From the NCBI GenBank assembly GCA_004022145.1, contig RCNU01000008.1: a DNA stretch of 64,000 nt; one strand, 5' to 3'. The notes under the pieces are model-generated. The model ran no database searches. It was not told the origin of the DNA and was given only the letters and a program-made list of their open reading frames with translations. The position numbers and the translations under genes are program-made. The stretch is from Paecilomyces variotii. Its lineage: Eukaryota. Positions 22,326 to 31,764 of the stretch are shown here, in pieces (positions within the stretch are counted from its first letter, which is position 1; the number at the start of each line of letters is the position of its first letter).

Positions 22326-22640
22326 GATGAAAGATGAAAGATGAAAGATGAAAGATGAGAGCAGAGAGCAGAGAGCAGAGAGCTGAGAGCAGAGAGCTGA
22401 GAGCTGAGAGCTGAGAGCTGAGAGCTGAGAGCTGAGAGCTGAGAGCTGAGAGCTGAGAGCAGGCAGATGAAAGATGAAGATGAAGATGAGAGATGGAAGA
22501 TGAGAGATGGAAGATGAGAGATGGAAGATGAGAGATGGAAGATGGAAGATGAGAGATGGAAGATGAGAGATGGAAGATGAGAGATGGAAGATGGAAGATA
22601 GAGATGAAAGATGAAGATGAGAGATGGAAGATGAAAGATG
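22326..22640. repeat. Heptamer-based array (GATGAAA, GAGAGCA/GAGAGCT, GATGAGA-GATGGAA) upstream of helicase 2
   Basis: Read directly from the sequence. Confidence 0.9.
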
Positions 22641-22840
22641 AGCGTTTCTAAGGGGAGACGACAGGGAGAGATGACAAAGAGAGACGAGAAGAGATGTAAC
22701 AAAGACGAGAAGACGCGAGGCGAAGAAGTGAGAAGTGAGGGATTTAAGCAGGGGAAGACAGGGAGGACTGGCAGAAAAAAGAGAATTCTTTGCACTGAAG
22801 TGTTTGTTGAATTGAAAGAGTGAAGAAGTGAATTAGAAAA

Positions 22841-22931
22841 ATGGGTGTGAAAATGGCTCACCCGGGTGGCTACTCCCTGCCCCTCTTCACCAGACAGAGC
22901 TATCGCCCTTGATACCTCCCTGATAGAAGAG
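22841..22931 (-). promoter_or_regulatory. Conserved structured leader element, copy C (upstream of helicase 2)
   Basis: Reverse complement is ctcttctatcagggaggtatcaagggcgatagctctgtctggtgaagag...cccgggtgagccattttcacacccat. Confidence 0.75.
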
Positions 22932-23759
22932 TGTCTTGAAAGACTGGAGCAGGTTTTGCCGCTATTGGTATCAGTGACGAAGGCTGTCTTCTCAAAGACT
23001 TCGCTATACGAACTATCGTATGTGGATTTGCGGCTGCGAGAATGACATACCTGAATAGCTGCTTGAGGCCTTTTCACGTTATGGATAGTGATCGTTGTTA
23101 AAGGCAACCGCAGTCGTTACTCCCATCTGTGGACTGTCTTGGATGAAGGTGATGGATTCTTCAGCCTTTGGGACGAGAAAATCATTGGTATCCTGTGGTT
23201 GCGAGGTCTAGGATAGGTGTCAGCTACAGCAAGAATATGGCTAATCGAGGGGGTAGCGACAGATGCCTTCTTAGATATATCTGACGAAGATCCCCTTTAG
23301 GGAACTGGGACACGAGGTTGTCAGAGGTTGAATCTTGAGAGGTGTGTCTCACCTCATAATCCAGCCAGCCCCCCCAAAAAGAGTGTAACCAGTCAAGCAC
23401 TTTCGACAATCAGGATGGTTTCAGCAGATCCGTTTGAAAACTATAAAGTTTAGAATTCAAATCATCCCATATGTGTACTCAGTGGCCACAGGTGGGGTCA
23501 GGTTGTAATGAGGCAGATGCACTGTGGTTAAAGGAGGTGGAAAGTTGAAAGAATTATGGATTCAGTGAGAGATATGCGAAGCAGGCACCGCTTCTACGGG
23601 GTTCTCCGCCCAGATTCTTTGGGAATATCCGCTTTGAGCAGTCTCGGTGAACGGCAGATCTTATTCACTCAAGTCCAATATCTGCTGGTGTCATTTCCAT
23701 TCATCAAGAAGCTTAGAGAGCATATATACGATGTTCTCTTCTACCTCTGGTGCCACTTC

Positions 23760-24341
23760 GTCTTCCAAACTGGCATGAAACTACTAATGCCGGGGTGCAG
23801 GCCCAACTCATCTGGCCTACTTTGGAAACTTCAACCCCACATATATATATATAGGATCAGCAACATCAATTATGGGTGGGCTGTCTAAGCGAAAAATTGA
23901 CCATGAAAGCCGCGAGATGGGAGCAAAGTAAGTACATTGTTTTGCCATAGAATAAGTTACTAATATGATATTTATAGATGTGCTTATGATAAGTGCTTAA
24001 TGCACCAGATTGGCATCCCACGGGACGCCAAATTCGTCACTCTATATAAAATGGATTGGGGCTTATGCTCTACGGATAATATCAACCTTAATCGCAAGCT
24101 GTGCTTGCTAGCGGAAGCTGTTTTCGCTAGTATACTTGGTGCATATATGGGAATAGTGAGTAAAGAGCTACGGATGACATGTCCGTACGGAGATCCCAAA
24201 ATAGTATTCGATTGGGCTGGGGCATGCACGCATTCATCCCTTTCAGAGTCGCAAAGACTTATAGGTAAGAATAAGCAACCAAAGGGCAGTACGCGTCAAC
24301 GCATACCAGGGAGTGACGAAAGAAAAACATCAGCAATATGA
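23760..24341 (+). pseudogene. Degraded paralog of the GIY-YIG endonuclease
   Basis: WHETTNAGVQAQLIWPTLETSTPHIYI/GSATSIMGGLSKRKIDHE, an intron at the same position (gtaagt...tag), then KFVTLYKMDWGLCSTDNINLNRKLCLLAEAVF...CPYGDPK...CTHSSLSESQRL. GVY has become GVQ, an (AT)n expansion gives a +4 frameshift, and the basic tail is missing. Confidence 0.9.
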
Positions 24342-25034
24342 TTCCATCATTGCAATCGGTCCTTGAGACGCATAAAGAACAAACAGATACTGATCCATGA
24401 GTGTTTCCTCTCATAAAGGAAAGTATTCGAAAAGAAAACGGGAGTTTTTGAAAAGCGCCTGACGCCTTGATCGTCTTGCAATATCGCATCAAGATAATTG
24501 ACCATTTTGGGCGCTCATTATAAGCAGAAGAGAATCCTGAACCTATTCTATATCCACTTGCTGCGGCAGCGCCTGCTAGATCATCTTCGCACTATACGAG
24601 CGAGCAAAAACGGCTCGTGTGGTTGGAGGAGTTGAAGGTGTGTATACCGTCCATACCTTGCCAGAAAGAACTTTCATGCTCTTGATGCGACAAAGCTGAC
24701 GAGCTCCCAGTCTGATTGCATGCAACTAAGAAATCATTGAACATGGGCTATGGTTCAGAGAAGTCGGTATTCTAGCACAGATACTAGGTATGGCAGTATC
24801 GAGAACGCTGAACGTGTACCCACCTTTGCACTGCCATTTCATGATATGTATTTAGTAGCAGCTCCTAGTATATCAGGGAAATTCAACTGCTTGACAGTAA
24901 ACCCTGCAGTTCATGATGCGAGATGTGCCAAAGTCCGGACTTGGTTCGTTTACCTTGCCTAAGTACGCGGACTTGCTCGAGCCACGAATGCCACGGGACT
25001 AAGTAGTTGCCGATACTTGACACACGGGTTACAG

Positions 25035-25316
25035 GCTACAACAGGTACAAGTCTACTCCTGACAATGCATTATTGAAAGTATCATTTTATGAAGTCTAAG
25101 CCTCTAGCTAAGTAGGTAGCTTAAAGCCTCGGAATCGTGATCGTCACATGACTCATATCTCCCCCATTCTGCCAGGTGTAACCGCTTATTTCTTGGTAGC
25201 CTTCTGAGCAGCCTTGGTGACCTTACCGGCACCACCGGCGGATTTCTCAACAGACTATAGAGAAAAATGTCAGTTTTTGAACACGAATTTGAGCGTTTGT
25301 AAAGGAAACTCACCTT
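25035..25316 (-). pseudogene. tef1: Inverted tef1 3' fragment (AAG + last intron + last exon + 3'UTR)
   Basis: Reverse complement reads AAG|gtgagt...aattcgtgttcaaaaactgac...tatag|TCT GTT GAG AAA TCC GCC GGT GGT GCC GGT AAG GTC ACC AAG GCT GCT CAG AAG GCT ACC AAG AAA TAA, with a 3'UTR alignable to 947-1110. Confidence 0.95.
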
Positions 25317-25712
25317 ATTGCAATTTATTATGTTACAGCGCCTTTTCTTTTCTTTTTGATTCTCTTTGCCGATCTGATGAAAAAGGTTTTCATCCAGCTA
25401 ATCTGACACCATACTTGAGTACTTGACCGATTGGTCGGCTCGTCTGGCCCGTGCGCGGATTCCAACATCGGGGAATCGCCGCCAGCTTAACATCACGTTC
25501 GGACGTTGTGGCATGAATTATGCTTTCCTTCATCTAATTTCGTCTAATTGGCAAGCACTGAATCACCAATTCATTCGACAATTGGGAGGAAGTTCTGCGT
25601 TCTGCTGCTGTGTAGGCTTGGGTTGTTTCGGAGCCTTCTGACGACGGACTCATTAAGGACCTTCGTGCATAGAACATGAGTCGTCTACTGACTTGGCGGC
25701 CTCTCCCCTACA

Positions 25713-27789
25713 ATGGAGACCTCGAAATACAAGTGTTCTATTTGTGGCAGGATTTACTCCAGCAAGAATCATATGCGGCGCCATGAAGCAACCCGTAAGT
25801 GCTCTCCGCAATTATTCGTCTCATAGTCCATATGAATAGCTAACAGGCTGAGTATCCAGACAGCAGCGAGACTCGTATTATCTGCGAATTCTGTTCTCGA
25901 GAGTTCCGTAGAAAGTGAGAAATCTTCAATGACCTCGACTGCATTCGAAAGTGTGGACTGATGCAGACAAGAGACGTTCTTCTGCGGCATTACAGGAGCT
26001 GTTCACACAGAGGTTCTCAACCAATCCCACAGGCTAGAAGACCAGGAAGACGTCGAAAAGCTTGCGATAGGTGCGCTAGAGCTCGAATCACATGCAGCGG
26101 TGAAATTCCTTGTGCTACCTGCAAGACCCGTGGCCTCTCCTGTACGTATCAGCGGCTTCGGAGTCCGGAGAAGGGTTCAGATTCATGGCTGGAAAGGAGT
26201 AGGGAATCAAATAACCACCGTCTTCTGAACGGAGCGAATGAGGAGACATGTCGTGTTGATGACAAAGTCCCCATTCCTTTCCTACTCAATTATACTCATC
26301 CGTCAAATCAGACACCCGAAACTTCAAATCGAGTACTCACAGAGTTCGGACCAGATGATGCCAACCACAGGTGTCCAGAGACCTCTGTATCTGATTCTGG
26401 TACTGATGCCATACTGGAAGACCTTTTCTTCAATGAGGCATGGGAAACCATATTTGATCCTCTAGCGACATTCGAACCACACAAAACCCCGTCTTCGCTA
26501 GGTCTAGAGTCCCCGCATCTATGCCAGCTAGCTGCTGACAGGATGGTGTCAGAACTCAAGGACGTAGCTTCAGCGCATCCAAGATACTTTGAGAAATTTG
26601 ACCCAGATCATGCACAGAAATTTTTCTGCTCTGAAAATGTGGCAGACTCCATAGGAGCCTATTTTCAGCGGGCGCATATACCAATTCGCATCATCCACAG
26701 AAGCTGCTTCTATCTTGAAACAGTCTCTACATCATTACTTCTTTCGGTATTCTTGATTGGTACCATATGCCAACCAGTGGAGAACCTTTCTCCGCTTACT
26801 ATACAATACGCGGATATAATTGAGTGGTCGGTATTTGAAGACCCTCAGTTCCTTCGTCTCATGTATATGAAGCAAGAGGAAAATCCTAGCCAGATTGCAG
26901 GCGACAAACTAGAGTTTGTTCAAGCTGCGCTTCTTGTGATCATCGTGCAATCAGCAAGTCCTAGTACCGAAGTCCGGCGTCGTATTCGCGTTGTGAGGGT
27001 ACCTGCCTTACTAGCAGTTGCTCGCGCTTTGTCCCTGACGAAGGTTCAGAGCAGATGGAATGATAATTATGCCCTTTTGGATCATCGCATCTTCATCGAG
27101 GATGAAACGCGCATCAGGTATGCGACTACATGCGAATTATTTGGCTACACACATACCAAGACTAATGCGTAATAGGACAATGTGCTTGGTTTTCGTCATG
27201 GATTGTCGGTTCGTCATGTTCTACAATAACCCGCCTTACCTCAACCCACTAGAACTACAGTTCGACTTGCCAGCGGGAGACGAGGGAATAGACATAGCGG
27301 ACGATAAATCATGGGAGCCTTGGGCGTTAGACCAAAGGTCGCATGGGCGACCCCCTTCGATGAATGAATTAATGCAGGCCTTGATGTGCAACCAATGGAC
27401 CGGCCCTGGTGATCCGCAATTTGGCAATTTGAGCATCTTCAACATGCTTCTACTTATGCTCGGTGAGATATATTCTGAATATATTCAGATGAAGACTAAT
27501 CGATCACAAAGGATTTCATTCTATAATATTCGGAATACGCAATAGCTTCTGTGACATGTCGAATGCTCGAATACAAGTTGACCGCAGCCTCACTCGATGG
27601 AAGGATCTATGGAACAGATGCCTGGAAAGGTCGAGTGCTGACCAGATCCGCCGAGCCGGGTTTATGGTCCAGGCAGCTCAGGACTTATGGCATTACGCGG
27701 GGCTCTTACTTCGAACACCGGCATCCAAGACTGGCCCCATTGCAAATGATACGATCACAAATGTTCATCGCGTGCTGAAAGAACCTTGA
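25713..27789 (+). CDS. C2H2 + Zn(II)2Cys6 fungal transcription factor (multi-exon)
   Basis: YKCSICGRIYSSKNHMRRHEATH, CEFCSREFRRKDVLLRH (after splicing), ACDRCARARITCSGEIPCATCKTRGLSC and a middle-homology-like region; introns have canonical signals. Confidence 0.88.
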
Positions 27790-27877
27790 CTCGACTGTCG
27801 ACTAATACTGATCACTCGAGATATCACAATTGAACTTATCTGGTAGCCCTTCTGTGTTTAGAAAATACCGATATTGA

Positions 27878-28597
27878 TCACTCAAACTTCCACAAAGCCA
27901 GCCCCAGTGAAGTACTCAGCGTGGCAACAGCCACAGCCCAAGCAGCATATTGAGCCTGCTTATTTCTTAGGAGGTATCCGCGGTCCCATATCAAATGCTT
28001 TGTCCCATTGAAACAGTGGTATGCAAAGGGCAACACAGCGCCAAACTTCACGGCGACCTTTGTTCCCGGTGGAAGTGACCCGAATGCCTCAGCTATAGTT
28101 GTCGAATCCAGATGGAGACCCAGCACTGGCGAAAGAAGGTACACAATTGCGAACCCATACAGTCCTCCTGTGAGAATACCACCGGTGATTCGATTCAGTA
28201 TGGATGCCAACGAGGTGTACCGCCACTTGTAGATGGTGAGATGGGGAGAGACCGGACGCTTAGTGCGTTGTACAGCGAGCCTAGCTTGCGCTTCTTGGGG
28301 TGTCATAGTTTTGAGAGAAGCAATATGGCTACTGTATCTGATTTGCATAGTCAGTCTTTGTAGCAAAGTCTAAGATAATGAGGTCGAGAGTTCGCACCTA
28401 ATGCCGTTATAATGACCCACGAATCTTAGAATCGTCGGGCTCCCGATAGGCCCATGGGCAACCGTTGGAGAGATGTGCAGAATAGCTACATGAACATGTC
28501 AGTCTGAAGGATATAACAAAGCGATAGAGCATAGTGATTTAAACTGATCAAGCTCCCAGAAGGTTCGCTGCATGGGACGTATGTACCTCGAGGACAT
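27878..28597 (-). CDS. Succinate dehydrogenase cytochrome b560 subunit (SdhC-like)
   Basis: QRTKRPVSPHLTIY, LNRITG, YHCFNGTKHLIWD. The 5' exons and start are approximate. Confidence 0.85.
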
Positions 28598-29883
28598 GTC
28601 TGTCCTAGCTTCCGGCCATGATAAAACATCAGAGCAGACATTGTAGATATTCACAACCTCCCGCAGGGAGAAAAGTCTAACGATTTGATTCTGGAGATAG
28701 CTCGATCACGGAAATCGAATAAAAAGAACAAGTCTATCATCCAAAGACTGGCAGGAAAATATGTACTTCTTGTTGGAGTGGGCCAGCGAAATACCCACCG
28801 ACTCGGAGAATACCCACATGGAAGCCGAAGATGGAATGCATTTCATATCTAACCAACTAAGTCGCGTCTTAAAGAGGCGAATAATTCAAAGAGGAAATAT
28901 TTTTGCTCAGTGGTGTCCTTGCACCAGGCACTTATCTGATCTCTTGATATCTAAGGCCATATCTCATGCACATCACGAGGCTGAGCAGTATAGAGAATCA
29001 GCCTCCCGTCACCAAGTATGCAGGTGCGATTCTCCCCGATAAGAACGACAGACACTCCGACGGCGGTACTACGAAAGAGCCTTAGTCTATATCGCCGTAT
29101 AAGCTACTGAAAGGGTAACAGTGAATGTTTCCGTTCGTGCTGCATACAATGCATTATTGCACTCGCTTGAGCCCCATGAACATGTAACCCATCAGCCACC
29201 ACCAACATAGAACTCTCAGATATTACTCGTCCATGAGAGACTACTCTACTTAGAGTAGTTATTATGCGCTGCAGGGCCGGCGATGATCAGCGTTTCTGAT
29301 CTGTTCGTGGCGCAAATCGCGATCTCTAAATGGTGCAGTTATCGCTGCAATCATCGAGCGGCGCTACTTAGAGATCCCAGATCTCTTGAACCTATCAGAG
29401 TAATGACTCCCTTTGAAATCGGCTAGCACAAGAAACAATAAGAAGAAACACATACAGTCGCATGATTTCCTCCTCGATACGCAACTACTGGAGTTCTGAG
29501 TGAACAGCCAAAAAAAGGTCTCTTATTGTTTCTTACTGTTGGTAATATGTCAGGGTGTGGTCGTTATCAGTGGCTACCTATATGGGTATTCTTCCGTTAT
29601 TTATGCGAACCCCTACCGACCATGCCATCATTTTGAGGCACAGCCACGACGATATCAAACTGCCGCAGCAGTTGCAGTTTAAGTGTGCCAGGGCCTCTTC
29701 TCTAGGCTGCAGGTGTTCTGGAAAATCATCATATAAGAATGGCTTCTTTCCAAAATATCTCTGGTGCTTTTGATGGGTATAGAAACATCAGCTAATATTC
29801 TCCACAAGACTCCAGTTAACTTGGAGAACATTTATCGATAAAGCCATATACTGAATCCTGTTCAGACACCAGCTACATCATCT

Positions 29884-31080
29884 ATGGCTTTCTACCGTGC
29901 CTCCCCCTCCCCCTCCCCCTATGACCTTCGATCAATCATCCAACTCTATCCAGAACAGGAGCCATGGTGTGTCGGATTTGCAGTCACCAGAGGCCGTCGA
30001 TGCCACAATCAAACCAGCGCAGTGAGCCGCGAAAAGGCGTGTTCCCTTCTGGACAGAGGCACCCGGGACCTTGCACAAGGTCTTGATATCAATGACCTCC
30101 TGGATCAGTTGGCACCCCTAGTTCTGTGCAAAAGATGGCATCAGTATGAGTGCCACGACCTGGTCAGCAGATGGGCACGGAAAGTTGAAGATTTCCAAAT
30201 GAGACAGAACCGAGCCTCTTCGATACGGACGACACCAACCAGAACAGTCAGTCGTTCGTCTTCGTCCTCGCCGTCTACTCTGGGATATCCGTATACGCCG
30301 GGATATTCTGAGACCAACCACTACAGACGGCATGGCTCACCGGATGAAATATGCAGCGCCCAGCGCATTAATGATCTCCTGCAAAGCATGAGTGATCGAC
30401 TCGACAGGGTGGTTGAATCGTTGGAAGATTCAGGCCAACCTTCTGTTCGTCAAAGGGACAACAGTGCACGTTCTACAGCGGGCAGACCCGCACAGCGACA
30501 AGCATCTAGTCTCGCCGCCGGTGCTGCTACATCAAGAAGCGCTTCACGAACTGTCGAACCAGATGATTCCTCAGTCCGAAACAGAGGCTCTACATCTACA
30601 TCAACCAGAACCGAAAGGATATCGGGGCGCACCAGAAACTCATCTGGAACAAGACAGTCCTCGTCCACCGCTACTACTAGAGAGACACCATCTACAACCA
30701 CAGTATCAGGACCTGACAACCTGCGTACAATTTCTCCTACACGGCCAACAAGAGTAAGAGTCTCGCTAGTAAGAGTACCAGAAGTCAACATCAGCAGAAT
30801 CACATCGACACCCACAACCACAAGACGCATCGTTACCCAGAAACCTATCGAGGGTGACTGCTCAATTTGCACAAACTCTCTTATCCACGAAGAAGACCAC
30901 TCCACTGAAAACAGTTCGGGAACAGAAAACGAAAGACAGTCATCAGGTCAACTCTCCTGGTGCAGGGCCCAATGCGGGAATAATTATCATAAGGAATGTA
31001 TTGATCAATGGCTTTCTACCTGTCGAGACATGTTTCGTAATCCGACATGTCCTTATTGTCGAGCGCAGTGGGTGGAGTGA
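29884..31080 (+). CDS. RING-finger protein with N-terminal Cys/His motif and S/T/R-rich linker
   Basis: C-terminal DCSIC...WCRAQCGNNYHKECIDQW...CPYCR; N-terminal CVG...RRC...LCKRWHQ. Confidence 0.85.
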   Translation: MAFYRASPSPSPYDLRSIIQLYPEQEPWCVGFAVTRGRRCHNQTSAVSREKACSLLDRGTRDLAQGLDINDLLDQLAPLVLCKRWHQYECHDLVSRWARKVEDFQMRQNRASSIRTTPTRTVSRSSSSSPSTLGYPYTPGYSETNHYRRHGSPDEICSAQRINDLLQSMSDRLDRVVESLEDSGQPSVRQRDNSARSTAGRPAQRQASSLAAGAATSRSASRTVEPDDSSVRNRGSTSTSTRTERISGRTRNSSGTRQSSSTATTRETPSTTTVSGPDNLRTISPTRPTRVRVSLVRVPEVNISRITSTPTTTRRIVTQKPIEGDCSICTNSLIHEEDHSTENSSGTENERQSSGQLSWCRAQCGNNYHKECIDQWLSTCRDMFRNPTCPYCRAQWVE

Positions 31081-31764
31081 GAAATGATTTTTTTTTTCTT
31101 GTGATTGGTACTTTCTGGCCTTTATTTCTTGATCGTTATTCTCTCCATTTCTTATTCGTGCTTCGTTATGATGCGATGTATATTATCATGCTTGTTGATG
31201 TTATAGACGTTTCTTGATGTCTTTTTCTTATATATGTTATGTCATGTTGGTTCCAAGATGTGATTTACCACTGTATGAATGATAGAGTATCAGAAGTTCA
31301 GCTTTAGGCAATTCTGCGATCAGAAGTGACTATGTAGCATCACGTAAGAGCGGTAGAATATAGTTACTGGAACAGTTGATCTTCTACAGTTGTTGTAGGT
31401 CTCTGAAAAGAGGTAATAGTGGGAGCCAGCTTATGGCAATTGATCTTTCGCTACAAATCCAACAGACGTGTCATGGTAGTTTCTTGACATTCATAAACAT
31501 CAAGTATATACATGGGATAAATGGGACGAGGATAATGATGAAGGGGTATGATGGGATAAATGGCGGTCGCGCTCGACTATTATGTCCGCCTTCGCGGCTA
31601 CTCGTCCGCCGGAGGCTACAGGCCTTTGTCAAGCGAAGTCTGCCAGTGATGACCTTGTCCTTGTATGGGTTATTTCACTATTACAATCGCCACAGGCAGC
31701 GAATCCGCCATTGGAGAAATCAGGTGTAGGTCTAGAAGTATCTGGTCATATCGCATTGCCTGGA

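Larger units (their letters stand above)
817..25316. mobile_element. Putative tef1-associated homing/selfish island (GIY-YIG nuclease + Upf1-like helicases) bounded by duplicated tef1 3' ends
   Basis: tef1 3' end at 817-1110 and an inverted homolog at ~25035-25316 enclose only nuclease, helicase, pseudogene and TE-relic content with AT-rich RIP-like patches. Element status is inferred. Confidence 0.6.

Noticed and set aside
22295-23107. 270-aa ORF
   Set aside because: Largely a translation of heptamer microsatellites (LSALSSQ, IFHLSS); no protein-like signal.
817-25316. Starship element
   Set aside because: No tyrosine-recombinase captain gene is recognisable at either end within the window.
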